From positions 165,292,001 to 165,356,000 of the forward strand of contig OZ024741.1 in the NCBI GenBank assembly GCA_964016885.1: 64,000 nt of DNA. The letters run 5' to 3'. The notes beneath the pieces are model-generated. The model was given only the letters and a program-made list of their open reading frames with translations. It was not told the origin of the DNA and searched no databases. Both the position numbers and the translations under genes were made by a program. Below are positions 12,313 through 25,760 of this stretch, one piece after another. Position 1 is the stretch's first letter. Every line of letters begins with the position of its first letter. The DNA comes from Eledone cirrhosa (taxonomy: Eukaryota).

Positions 12313-12378
12313 CCAACCTGAGGTATCTGATTTTTAATGCGATGAAATACCAATGATGGTTGGCAAATCACTGATGAG
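12313..12378 (+). ncRNA. Putative rearranged hammerhead ribozyme, copy 3 (diverged)
   Basis: ggta-T-C-tgattt ... T-GAAA-tacc ... aaatca-CTGATGA-G. Stem I is compensatorily changed relative to copies 1 and 2. Lies in a ~255-bp segment between (TA)n tracts. Confidence 0.65.
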
Positions 12379-12961
12379 GGACTAATTTTATAATATGTAA
12401 CCCATGTGCAACCACGCAGTATTCCTCTTTCTTCCCATGTTTTTCATATATATATATATATATATATATACATACACACACACTCATATTTTGAAAAGTG
12501 AAAACAGGAAGGTGGTGGTGATAGTTGTTGAATGGAATAATGTTATATGATAAGTGGAGTGGGGTGAAGGAAAGGGTGAGTGTAGGGGTAGGGGAGATTT
12601 ACAGTGATGATGAGAATAGTGAATAATGAGTGATGGTAGATTAGGGGACCCAAGTATGGCCAGGCCAAATGTCACATTCTACATCATCATCACCATTGTC
12701 ATCACAAACAGCATCATCATCACCATCCTCACCTTCATCAGTTTCCTCATTGTCTCCATCATCACACCATCACCGCCATCATCATTGTTTTTCATCCTCA
12801 TTATCATTATTATCTCCATCATCATCATCACTGTACTTATCACTATCAACTTCATCATTCTCCTCATTCAACTCCTCCCCCTTCTCACCATCATCATCAT
12901 CTCCTTCCTCATCACCATCAACACCATCGTCATAATTAACAACAACAACAACAACAACAGC

Positions 12962-13177
12962 GGTTTCTTATATAGGCACAAGGCCAGCAATTTTGGGTGG
13001 GAGGGGAAAGTCACTTAAATCGACCCCAGTGCGTGACTGGTACTTTATTTTATCAACCTCGTAAGGATGAACGGCAAAGTTAACATCGGCGGGATTTGAA
13101 ATCAGATCATAAAGGGCCGTAACTCTATGCTGCAAAGCATGGCGTCCGACCCTCCACTGATACTGCCAATCCACCGC
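12962..13177 (-). mobile_element. SINE family B
   Basis: Reverse-complement match to the family B core. Confidence 0.85.
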
Positions 13178-13409
13178 ACTAACAACAACATCAATAATAA
13201 TAATAACAATACTAATTGCATTATGAGTTACAAAAGAGAAATATATGCAATGCCAGAGAGTGTTTACTGCGATGTGATCCTACAAAAATACTAATGTTAT
13301 TACTGTAGCCGATGCCAACTTGTCTAAAATTTAGTTAATATAATATATAACAATGAGGCTGTTTGTTTATCACTGAATGGCAAGCTAAAGACTGACAATT
13401 TCATTGCAG

Positions 13410-14097
13410 GAAATTTGGCAAAAGCAATAGTGATTCCTTCTACGTTAGACTTCAGTTGAGTTAAACTACAGTTAGCAAAGTAAGGCTACAGTGATACATT
13501 TTAGGAGAGACTTTGGTTGAGGGAAAAGTAAGGCTATAATGATACCTTGTGAGAGAGACTTGGGTTGAGTTAAACTATGATTGGCAAAGTAAAGTAATAG
13601 TAATACTTTTCGAGAGAGACTTTGGTTGAGAACCAAGTAAGGTTACAGTGATACCTTTTGAGAGAGACTTTGGTTGAGGGCAAAGTAAGGCAACAGTGAT
13701 ACCTTTTGAGAGAGACTTTGGTTGAGGGCAAAGTAAGGTTACAGTGATACCTTTTGAAACAGACTTTGGTTGAGGGCAAAGTAAGGCAACAGTGATACCT
13801 TTTGAGAGAGACTTTGGTTCAGGGCAAAGTAAGACTATGGTGATACTTTTTGAGAGAGACTTTGGTTCAGGGCAAAGTAAGGCAACAGTGATACCTTTTG
13901 AGAGAGACTTTGGTTGATGGCAAAGTAAGGCTGTAGTGATACTTTTTGAGAGAGACTTTGGTTTAGTTAAACTACAGTTGGTAAAGTAAGGCTACAATGA
14001 TACCTTTTGAGAGCATCTTTGGTTGAGTTAAACTACAATTGGTAAAGTAAAGAAATAGTGATTCCTTCTAAGATAAATTTAGGTTGAGTTAAACTAG
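13410..14097. repeat. 48-bp minisatellite (with ~58-bp variant units at the edges)
   Basis: Unit ttggttgagggcaaagtaaggcaacagtgataccttttgagagagact; gives the 16-aa periodicity in ORF 13570..13779. Confidence 0.9.
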
Positions 14098-14552
14098 AAA
14101 GCAGGAATCAATATAAAAAAATGGAGGAGACATTACTATAAAAGTGCATGGGAATAACGGAAAGAGAATAATTATGGAGTAAGATTTAGAGAGAAAATAT
14201 AAAACATTTAGATAAAGTAGATAAAAGGAACTGACAAGAGACAGACAGTTTAGTTATATATATGTTATATAATAAATAATGGTGTGTGTATGTGTCTGGG
14301 CATGTGTCAGTATGTGTGTGTGTCCCTGTATGTATGCAGCATTTGTGTATGTGTGATTGTGTGAGTCTGCATGCATGGGTGCCTGAGTGTCTATGTGTGT
14401 ATGTGGACGTATGTGTGTGTTTGTGTGAGTATGCCTAGATGCACACATGTAGACATATACTATTAAAAATAAAGTAAGCTATACAAAGAGAAAAGCTATA
14501 TAAAATATAGAAAGATGAGGAAGTAGGGGAAGGGGGAAGGTAAATAATATGT

Positions 14553-14900
14553 ATGATGATGATGATGATGATTATGGTGGTGGTGGTGTTGATTATGATG
14601 ATGATATTGGTGAGTGATGGCAGTAGTAATGATGATGATGATGATGATGATGAGCAGGTGGATGGTAAGGATACTGATGATGATGATGATGATGATGATG
14701 ATTATGGTAATGTTGATGGTGGTGGTGGTGGTGGTGGTGGTGGTGTTGTTTATGATGATGATTATATTGGTGAGTGATGACTAATAATAATAATGATGAT
14801 GAGGAGGACAATGACGATGATAATGAGGAAGAGGAGGATGGTAAAGATGATGATGATGATGGTGACATTGATGACAGTATTGATAATGATGATTATGATG

Positions 14901-14946
<46 letters not shown>

Positions 14947-15463
14947 GGACGATGATGGTGAGGACAATGATGCTGATGATGATGGTGAGAACGATGATGA
15001 TGATGGTAATGGTGAGGACGATGATGGTGAGGGTGATGGTGAAGAAGATGATGAGGATGATTATGATGATAAGGAGGAGGAGGAGGAGTGGGAGGAGGAG
15101 TGGGAGGAGGAGGATGGTAATAATCCAGATGATGATGATGATGATGAGGATGGTAATGATACTAAGGAGGAGGAGGAAGGAGGTAATGCTACTGATGATG
15201 AGGATGATGATAATGACGTTGGTTATGGGGGAAGACATTATGGATGTGGTGGAGTTACTGATTGCTTTAACAACAGCAACAACAACAGCAACAGCAACAA
15301 CAACAGCAGCAGGAGCAACAACAGCAACAACAACAACAACAACAACAACAGCAGCAGCAGGAGCAACAACAACAACAACAGCAGCAGCAGGAGCAACAAC
15401 AACAACAACAGCAGCAGCAGGAGCAACAACAACAACAACAGCAGCAGCAGGAGCAACAACAGC

Positions 15464-15515
<52 letters not shown>

Positions 15516-15629
15516 GCAACAGCAACAGCAACAACAACAGCAGCAGCAACAACACCAGCAACAACAACAACAACACCACCAACAACAACAACAACAACAA
15601 CACCAGCAACAACAACAACAACATCAGCA

Positions 15630-15661
<32 letters not shown>

Positions 15662-16018
15662 AACAGCAACACCAGCAACAACACCAGCAACAACAACAAC
15701 AACATCAGCAGCAGCAGCAGCAGCAACAACAACAACAGCAGCAACAGCAACACCAGCAACAACACCAGCAACAACAACAACAACATCAGCAGCAGCAGCA
15801 ACACCAGCAACAACACCAGCAACAACAACAACAGCAACAACAACAACAGCAACAGCAACAACACCAGCACCAGCAACAACAACAACACCAGCACCAGCAA
15901 CAACAACAACAACACCAGCACCAGCAACAACAACAACACCAGCACCAGCAACAAGAACAACAACACCAGCACCAGCAACAACACCAGCAACAACAACAAC
16001 AACACTAGCAACAACAAT
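14553..16018. repeat. Compound trinucleotide microsatellite (GAT/GAG/GGT then CAA/CAG)
   Basis: Seen directly; explains the 417-, 439- and 259-aa low-complexity ORFs. Confidence 0.95.
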
Positions 16019-16365
16019 CTTGTTTAATCATTATAAGAATATGTCAGAAATAGAAAGAAAAAAAATAATAATAATAATAGACAAAAGTAAAAATATATAT
16101 TCATGGAATTGAATTATACAGAAACATAGCAAGATCTGATAACCATCAACATCATCATCATCTTCAACATCATCACCATCAACATCCTTTCTCTCATAAT
16201 TGCCATATGCACTACTTGCATACATGCATTTACTGTATAATAGAGCCTTGCAATATGGGCCTTAGGTGTATACAGTGCTTGGATATGTAAATGTGGTTCT
16301 GAGCATGTTTTTTTGCTACATGTATAGTATACATGTATAGTAGCTTACATGATATATATATATAT

Positions 16366-16422
<57 letters not shown>

Positions 16423-16532
16423 CAACCAGTAGTGTGACATGGTATGTGATGTTTCAGTTAAATATTTATGGTGTTATTCATTATATATTTATATATTATG
16501 CATTTGTACACACACACATACACACACATTTG

Positions 16533-16564
<32 letters not shown>

Positions 16565-16714
16565 CACACACATATCTATATACATATACACTTATATATA
16601 CGTATACACATATATATATACATATACATATATATACATACATATACATATATAATGTGCATATATATATACATATATATATATACATATGCATAAAAAT
16701 GTGTATATATATCG

Positions 16715-16934
16715 ACACTCAATCAACTTTCGTCAAATCGGACCGAGGAAACAATGTTTCCTTTGGTCTTTCCAATTGCTAGTACTATCTATCGGTCACA
16801 AATTCAGACAGAAGGAGCAACGTGAAATAAAGTGTCTTGCTCAAGGACATACCGCATTGCCCGGTGCAGGAATCGAACTCAGAACCTCAAGATTGTGAAT
16901 CCAATTCTCTAACCACTCAGCCATGCGCCTTCAC
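16715..16934 (-). mobile_element. SINE family C (family A-like head, different structured tail)
   Basis: Reverse-complement match to 46050-46270; the tail ends in TA microsatellite. Confidence 0.8.
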
Positions 16935-17455
16935 AAATTTCATAGGAAATGTTTAAAAAATAAAGAAACAATGAGTTATCTTGTTATCTAGAGGGGAAAA
17001 ACCCCAAACCTGTCTGAAATGTGTTTCCTCTTTCTTTTATGCCCTTATTTTGCTTGTAACCTCTTCCATTGTCTTTTTTTTTTTTATCTTGAAACAAAAA
17101 AAGTTAACCCTTACATTACCACATATTTAATTAAAGACACTCTTTTACACTTTCAAATATATTTGAGAGTCAGCATAAATGAACACCATTGTCTCAAAAC
17201 AGGAAATTGATAAAATATACAAAAAATAATTACATAAGTTCTGTTACAATTTGACAATAATATTATTATACTGAGGCTTAACTATTGTTAAAATATATAA
17301 CTTTCCCTGCTTGAATAATAATGTGATGATTCCCATGTTGTGAAATTGTAGTTTGCAAAAGAGATATTTCTCCATTTCTTGACATACAATACCTGGTATG
17401 AAAACTAGAATAAATAATTTGAAAAAATAGAACAATAGAAATTAGATTCGTAAAT

Positions 17456-17643
17456 AATTGTTTCTACTTTTTGGCACAAGGCCAGAAATTACCCAGTGCA
17501 TTACTGGTACTTTATTTGATCGACCCCGTAAGGATGAAAGGCAAAGTTAACCTCGGCGGGATTTGAACTCAGAATAGCAAGGGCCGTAACTCTATGCGTC
17601 AAAGCATAGCGTCTGACCCTCTACCGATACTGCCAATCCACCG
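17456..17643 (-). mobile_element. SINE family B
   Basis: Reverse-complement match to family B. Confidence 0.85.
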
Positions 17644-17838
17644 CATGCTGATATAATTATACGACCAGGAGAACTTAATGTAGTGGAATATATATCAAAG
17701 TTTTGATGGATAGCAGGGAGAGGAATCCAGTGATATTTCAAAGTTTATGTGGCCTCATTGAGTGATAAAGTTAGCATGAGGAGATCATCCACATACCTGT
17801 TGAAGAAGCAAGAGCAGCAGGAGATATGTGCTCTATGT

Positions 17839-18057
17839 TAGGCATGTCAAACTGAAGGTCCCAGGAGGGCCACATGGGTCACATATGTGTTGTCTGAGGG
17901 TCACACAGGACAACTAATTGCGCACATTACAACACATTTTTTAAATTTTATATTACGAATATAAAACATGCTCACGCTGTAAAAACCTTTGTGCGGGCCG
18001 GAGGTGTGCTTGTAAAGGGCCGCATGTGGCCCACGGGCTGCATGTTTCTCATGCATG
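17839..18057. mobile_element. Non-autonomous hAT-type MITE
   Basis: Imperfect TIRs taggcatgtcaaac / gtttctcatgcatg, subterminal gggcc motifs, 8-bp TSD ctctatgt (17831-17838) / ctctatat (18058-18065). Confidence 0.7.
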
Positions 18058-20720
18058 CTCTATATATCAGATGATCCATCCGTGCTCTATATATCAGATG
18101 ATCCATCCGTGCTCTATATATCAGATGATCCATCCGTGCTCTATATATCAGATGATCCATCCATGCTCTATATACCAGATGATCCATCCATGCTCTATAT
18201 ACCAGATGATCCATCCATGCTCTATATATCAGATGATCCATCCGTGCTCTATATACCAGATGATCCATCTGTGCTCTATATACCAGATGATCCATCTGTG
18301 CTCTATATACCAGATGATCCATCCATGCTCTATATATCAGATGATCCATCCGTGCTCTATATACCAGATGATCCATCCGTGCTCTATATACCAGATGATC
18401 CATCTGTGCTCTATATACCAGATGATCCATCTGTGCTCTATATACCAGATGATCCATCCATGCTCTATATATCAGATGATCCATCCGTGCTCTATATATT
18501 AGATGATCCATCCGTGCTCTATATATCAGATGATCCATCCATGCTCTATATATCAGATGATCCATCCATGCTCTATATACCAGATGATCCATCCATGCTC
18601 TATATATCAGATGATCCATCCGTGCTCTATATATCAGATGATCCATCCGTGCTCTATATATCAGATGATCAATCCGTGCTCTATATATCAGATGATCCAT
18701 CCATGCTCTATATACCAGATGATCCATCTGTGCTCTATATACCAGATGATCCATCTGTGCTCTATATACCAGATGATCCATCCATGCTCTATATATCAGA
18801 TGATCCATCTGTGCTCTATATATCAGATGATCCATCCATGCTCTATATATCAGATGATCCATCCGTGCTCTATATATCAGATGATCCATCCATGCTCTAT
18901 ATACCAGATGATCCATCCATGCTCTATATATCAGATGATCCATCCATGCTCTATATATCAGATGATCCATCCATGCTCTATATATCAGATGATCAATCCG
19001 TGCTCTATATACCAGATGATCCATCCGTGCTCTATATATCAGATGATCCATCCGTGCTCTATATACCAGATGATCCATCTGTGCTCTATATATCAGATGA
19101 TCCATCCGTGCTCTATATATCAGATGATCCATCCGTGCTCTATATATCAGATGATCCATCTGTGCTCTATATATCAGATGATCCATCTGTGCTCTATATA
19201 TCAGATGATCCATCTGTGCTCTATATATCAGATGATCCATCCGTGCTCTATATACCAGATGATCCATCCGTGCTCTATATATCAGATGATCCATCCGTGC
19301 TCTATATACCAGATGATCCATCTGTGCTCTATATATCAGATGATCCATCCGTGCTCTATATACCAGATGATCCATCCGTGCTCTATATACCAGATGATCC
19401 ATCCATGCTCTATATACCAGATGATCCATCCATGCTCTATATATCAGATGATCCATCCGTGCTCTATATATCAGATGATCCATCCATGCTCTATATATCA
19501 GATGATCCATCCATGCTCTATATATCAGATGATCCATCCGTGCTCTATATACCAGATGATCCATCCATGCTCTATATACCAGATGATCCATCCGTGCTCT
19601 ATATACCAGATGATCCATCCATGCTCTATATACCAGATGATCCATCTGTGCTCTATATATCAGATGATCCATCCGTGCTCTATATACCAGATGATCCATC
19701 CGTGCTCTATATACCAGATGATCCATCCATGCTCTATATACCAGATGATCCATCCATGCTCTATATATCAGATGATCCATCCATGCTCTATATACCAGAT
19801 GATCCATCTGTGCTCTATATATCAGATGATCCATCCGTGCTCTATATATCAGATGATCCATCTGTGCTCTATATATCAGATGATCCATCCATGCTCTATA
19901 TATCAGATGATCCATCCGTGCTCTATATATCAGATGATCCATCCATGCTCTATATATCAGATGATCCATCCGTGCTCTATATATCAGATGATCCATCCAT
20001 GCTCTATATATCAGATGATCCATCCGTGCTCTATATACCAGATGATCCATCTGTGCTCTATATACCAGATGATCCATCTGTGCTCTATATATCAGATGAT
20101 CCATCCGTGCTCTATATATCAGATGATCCATCCATGCTCTATATATCAGATGATCCATCCATGCTCTATATATCAGATGATCCATCCGTGCTCTATATAC
20201 CAGATGATCCATCTGTGCTCTATATACCAGATGATCCATCTGTGCTCTATATATCAGATGATCCATCCGTGCTCTATATATCAGATGATCCATCCATGCT
20301 CTATATATCAGATGATCCATCCGTGCTCTATATACCAGATGATCCATCTGTGCTCTATATACCAGATGATCCATCTGTGCTCTATATATCAGATGATCCA
20401 TCCGTGCTCTATATATCAGATGATCCATCCATGCTCTATATACCAGATGATCCATCTGTGCTCTATATATCAGATGATCCATCCGTGCTCTATATATCAG
20501 ATGATCCATCCATGCTCTATATATCAGATGATCCATCCATGCTCTATATATCAGATGATCCATCCATGCTCTATATATCAGATGATCCATCCGTGCTCTA
20601 TATATCAGATGATCCATCCGTGCTCTATATATCAGATGATCCATCTGTGCTCTATATATCAGATGATCCATCCATGCTCTATATACCAGATGATCCATCC
20701 GTGCTCTATATATCAGATGA
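18055..20720. repeat. 27-bp minisatellite, ~99 copies
   Basis: Unit TGCTCTATATA[T/C]CAGATGATCCATC[CG/CA/TG], head-to-tail with no spacers. Confidence 0.98.
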
Positions 20721-20939
20721 AATATTTGTCCAGTAGGTCTGAGAAATTTGACCTCATCACCAGTCCATTCTCCACACTTCTTGTAAAGTAATCAACAGAC
20801 TGAAAGACTTTCACCCCACCATACTTACTCAGAATAGAAACTCTTTTAGCCCCCCCCCCCCCCCATGAACTTAACAATTGACCATATTATCACTTCTAAC
20901 AACCTTGTTTCAATCACACTGGCACTGATATACACGTCT

Positions 20940-21500
20940 TCTGTCATCTTGTGCAACACCTTCCAGTGCAAAGGTTCCATCTACAAGCAAATCTCAGGAG
21001 AGCCAAGGGGGTAATTTCTTTGGCTGGCTAGACATTACATACATGGACCAGCTGGAACAGAGCATTTATTGCCTGTCACTTTGGCTCCTTCTACAGGTAT
21101 GTGAACGATAACTTCATGCTCACTTAGTTGAGCAAAGAAGTCAAAATTTATGATAATTTCAATAACATTGACAACCATGTAAACATCAAAATTAAACACC
21201 CAGATATCACCAGATTCCTTTCCCTGCTCAACTTCAGACTAAGAATCACAGACAAGCGGTCAATATACACCAAATTTTATGAAAACAATTCCTGTACAGA
21301 CCTATTTGAGCACGGTCATTCTGCCTTACCCTGCAGAGCCAAAATGACCTACATGCAGAATAACATCTTCCAGATATTCAGCAGATCCAGTGAAAATAGT
21401 GACAAAAACACCAGCATAAAGGAATTCCATAATGTCTTCCCCAGCAATGGCTGCCCAACTTCTCTCACCAAATACCAGGATGCCAACAGACTGTCAATGA
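20940..21500 (+). mobile_element. Decayed Penelope-like RT fragment
   Basis: Manual translation gives FQCKGSIYKQISG, YMDQLEQ, YRYVNDNF (YVDD-like), and TKFYEN...LFEHGHSALP...K. These fit the PLE RT core/thumb pattern, with frameshifts. Confidence 0.6.
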
Positions 21501-22141
21501 GGGCACACATCACTAAAGACAGTATATGGTATCTAGCAGAGAGGGCTCTTTAGTTGAGACTATGATCAACAACCTCTCTAGAGATGATGATTTGCATAAG
21601 CGCACCCAATACACACTGAAAAGTGGTTGGTGATAGGAAAGGCGTCCAGCCATGTAAAGTTTGTTGAAGTGTGGAGAGGACTCTTCAGATGTGTCAATCT
21701 CCTTAGTGTTGGTCATCTACACAATAATCACACTCAGTACATGCTGTAGGGTGGTTGGTGATAGGAAGGGTATCAGGCTAGAGAAAAGCTTGCCAAACAA
21801 AGGTTGGGAGGACCCTCCAGTTGTGTTAACATGACAAAGTGCATTTGATAGAATGTGAAACCTTATGTAAGCAAGATGCGAAGCCCCTGCCTGTTTGGGA
21901 GGTCAGTGGCTCCACTTCAGTAGAGCCTCAGTCTGAGAAGATCCGTTCAGCCCTTGCTAGCAAAGAAAGTGGACATTAAATGATGATGGAGGATGATGAT
22001 GGTGATGGAAGTGGCGGCAGCGAGTGTGTGTCCATCACTCACACACACTCATACATACACAAGCACACACAATCTAAGATACATGCAGGATCGGAAAGCA
22101 CAGGTAGCAACAAAAACATGTTGAAGATAACTATACTATAA

Positions 22142-22993
22142 TCTATATATCTAAAACAGAGAATATCTGTCTGTCTGTCTGTCCCCCTAACACTCGAGAA
22201 GCACCCATCCAACTTTTTTTCAAACTTTACACATGTAATACTTATGGTCATGTGAGTGTTTTGAGCAAAAGATATTTCAAATTGTCAGTGCCCTAGGGAC
22301 TGAATTAGGCGAAAAACCGCATATTTTAGGCTTTAAAGGCTTTTTTTAGGCATAACGGAACAACAATCCATTTCTTCAAAATTTGCATTACTTATATCCT
22401 TTAAAGTGTTTTGAGCAAAAATGATTTTCTCATTTTTTGCCCCAGGGACCGCATTAGGCGAAAAACCGATCTTTTAAAGCATTTTGGTTGCTATATGGCC
22501 TGTAACTCAAGAAGTACCCAATTGATTTTTTAAAAACTTTGCATATGCATTACTTATATTTCACAAATTTTCTTAACTGCAAAAGATTTCAAATTTTTGC
22601 CTGGGGACCACATTGTTTAGCATTTTGGTTTCGTTAGGGCCTGTAACTTTAAAAGTATCCAACTAAATTCCTTCATGCTGTCCACCACTGCAGTCCCACA
22701 TGATTACTGCTCTGTAACTATTGCTTTCATTATACCATAGCACAACAAATTCATGTTCAGTTTGTCGAATGCTTTTTTACTTAACCCTATTGCCTTGGCT
22801 TTCGTGGGTTGAACATGGCACCCAATTAAGTTAAACCCCTGGTAATTTACGACACATTTTTTTTATAAGCACAAAATGTAGACACCATCCCCAGGCCGAG
22901 GTATTCCGTATTTCTCTGTACTGTTTCAGAAAGGAGGGATAAACATGCCAATCTAAGTTTAGAATCCCGAGTAACGCCGGGCCATTCTGCTAG
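22142..22993 (+). mobile_element. Non-autonomous Helitron
   Basis: 5' A|TC start (tctatatatctaaaa then (ctgt)n), 3' hairpin cccgagtaacgccggg at 22966-22981, CTAG|T end, internal subrepeats (ttaggcgaaaaaccg twice). Confidence 0.75.
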
Positions 22994-23829
22994 TATATTA
23001 TCTAAAAGGCTGATAAAGTAAAGTACTGGTGCAGGCTGGTAGCTTGGTGAAATTGTTAGAACATCAGAGGAAATAGAAATGCCTTGCAGTATTTATTTGG
23101 TAGAATTATTTGGGTGGTAGAATTAATCTATCGCCCAGTTTAAAAACACAACCTGGAATTTGGGTACCTTGTACCCTCAGTGCGGACAACTTCCTTCCTT
23201 GACTAAACAGTGAAATTAAAGCTAAAATATAGATAGATCTTAGGCTGTTCAAGCAGTAATCTTCATTCAGCTGGTTTGGTTAGTTGTGATTCCAAACTTA
23301 CATATGTTCAATGGAACTACAAGCAAACATGGTAGCAACCTTTAGTAAAAGAATAATTGGCAAGTGGATATATTTATTACCACTGACATGAACTCTAAGG
23401 GTCGGAATACATTTATATTTAAATAAAGTAAATCGAAGGGTTAACAGTCAACATTTTGTTGATATTTTCCCTTTTACAACTCTATTCTTGATTAATATAG
23501 TGAATGAGACCTACGTCAATGAAACATTTGGCAGTCAATCCATAGAATAAATATTTCCTCTTCTGTCTTTTAATGTTTCTGGCAGGATGACAAGAATCAT
23601 TCAAGTCAGAGAAAATAAATTTGTAGAAACCTCACATCGTTCATTTGGCCAAAAGTTTTTCTTTCATTAAATAATAGGGTACACCTTACCCTCAACAAAA
23701 TATTTTATATTATTTTTGTTTCTTTGAAATCTCAGTTAAAATTCTTTTTTATTTTAAGTTAATTACTTGCCTTACTGATTTAGGCTAATTGCTGGATTAA
23801 TGAAGTGAGGATTTCATTTGAATTGTTCA

Positions 23830-24046
23830 TTAACGCATTAGCATTTAAACCAGCCGTATCCAGCCAGGATTCTCTCGCCTCTGCCTGTTCAAACCAGCCA
23901 TATCTGGTCACTCATACTTATGTTAAGGTATTGTTCTCAAAATAAATAATATCAAAATCCTGTACATTTGATATTGTCTGATAATTATGTAAGATAAAGT
24001 CTTTACCACGAAAATATATAGGGTAATGTAAATGCTAAAGGGTTAA
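23830..24046. mobile_element. piggyBac-like MITE (TTAA-flanked)
   Basis: ttaa-cgcattagcattta...taaatgctaaaggg-ttaa; same family as 60104-60322 and 60518-60744. Confidence 0.7.
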
Positions 24047-24249
24047 ATGAATCTACAAAAGAAATGAAAAAGATTATGATGGGGATTATGTGAATGGAAT
24101 AACTGAGTAGACATGGGTACTCTTTTATAACTGTACTTTCAGAACATCCACTCCCACCATTAAGTTCTCTGGGTAGCAGAAACTGTCAACTACTTCTAAA
24201 GAGCGAAGATGAACCTGCGACTTTGTGTAAAATGTCGACCATACTTAAA

Positions 24250-24790
24250 TATGGAATGATACGCGATGGGACCCGCCTCCCCTTCCCACAGCCCCAGCGG
24301 ACAGAATGGGGAAGGCATTTCCCCGGAGGACGGCAAGGAAGATGCACTGGAAAAGCCACTCCAACTTGCGGGGCTCACACCTGCAGCTGGCCAGCTCAGC
24401 GCCTATGGTGGTGAGTAGGGAGGTAGCCCTAGGGCTGAGGACACCAGAAGTCTCCACTGCCAGGGGTACAACTGCAAACCTGTCGGAGAGTGACCAGTAT
24501 TTGAGGACCGGTCGCAGAACGGGAAGATGGTCATGCCATCTGGCCTTTTGCCGTCCCCTCGGTCCAGCCCCACCGGCTCGAGCTGGGAAGGGAAGCCTGC
24601 AGCGTCCAAGCCATGCTTTATGACCTCGTTGAGGGCAGCATGGCATGGAAGGTGGCCTGCACTGTGGCGACAGGAAAGCGGGTGGAGGCCGAAAGAGTCC
24701 ACGGTGGATCTGCAACGACATTGGTGTGGCTCGCAGATCCGGAGACCGAGCCTCAAGGAAACGCTGATATGCAGGCTATTGTTGTCTAAG
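24250..24790 (-). mobile_element. CRE-like non-LTR retrotransposon C-terminal relic (Zn-knuckle + restriction-like endonuclease)
   Basis: RLGL...CRC...D.FGLH.LSC...HAALNEVIK...EPVGL.RGDGKRPDG, then PLAVETSG...LFQ.I.LAV.RGNA, split over two frames. Confidence 0.8.
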
Positions 24791-24959
24791 AGCTCTAAAG
24801 AGCTATGTGAGCATTTGAGAGAGTCTGCTTCCTAGGAGCATCTGCTGTTTACTGCATACATAGCCTACATTCTTTGTCAGCCTGCCTAAGATCCTACTAG
24901 ATCATAATTTACATGTTTTACACTGTATTGAATTTTTAACAGATCTTTTTTTGCATCCA

Positions 24960-25760
24960 GAGCACAGCCATTTTCCCAATGGAATCATGGCCTTGTCCTC
25001 TTTCCTACTTTAATCTTGGCTAAGTTGATGTTGAGGTCTTTCAATTCGAGAATTTACTTCCAAGTCTAGAATTTCTTTAATTTCTCTGCATGAGAACGCG
25101 GTCATCTGCTTATAAGCATCCAGTTTTAAATTGCTTTGTTATGGCCTGGAGGACTATAATAAACAGAAGAGGGCTGAAAACAAAGCTCTGGTGGACCCTC
25201 AAATGTATACTAAATTCCTTACTATATTTATAAACTCTAACCCAGCTGATTCCACCTCTGAACATGGCTTGTAAAGCCCTCACAAGCCACACCCATTTAC
25301 TCCATTTCCTAAAATCCCACCAAAATATGAAGCACACTGTCAAATGCTTAAGGGTTTACCCTTACCTAAGTACTCATTCAGATTAACTTGATCCCTAACC
25401 AATTGTGTTATAACTCTTTCCATACTTTCACGAGCTGATCCATTAACTTCTATAGTTTCCCTGTCTACTGCATCTCTTGTCTGTATAGCAGTTGAGGATG
25501 ATGCTGGTATACCAGTCATTGACTATGACATCATCTTGTATTACTTAATTTACAATGTACATGGACATCAGATACTTTCAGCATCTCAGAAACTATCTCT
25601 GATACTCCAGTTGCTTCGCCCATCTTCATATTTATAATTGCTTTATTTAGCATGCTGCTCTAACTGGGATAACTGATCAATCTATCGGGTCTACCTGCAG
25701 CAGGCTATCATCCTCTCATGCATTCTCCTCATAATGGCACTTTCATGCTTTGCTTGTTTA
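24960..25760 (-). mobile_element. Old RTE RT relic
   Basis: VHQSFVFSPLLFIIVLQAITKQFKTGC (RT QG..LSPLLF region); heavily decayed. Confidence 0.65.

Noticed and set aside
14774-16112. 417/439-aa Asp/Asn- or Met/Thr-rich ORFs
   Set aside because: Trinucleotide microsatellite open in most frames, with no splice or homology evidence.
17972-20791. 908-, 893- and 762-aa ORFs; also a CRISPR-like appearance
   Set aside because: A 27-bp (9-codon) tandem unit is open in several frames on both strands. There are no unique spacers and no cas genes, and the context is eukaryotic.
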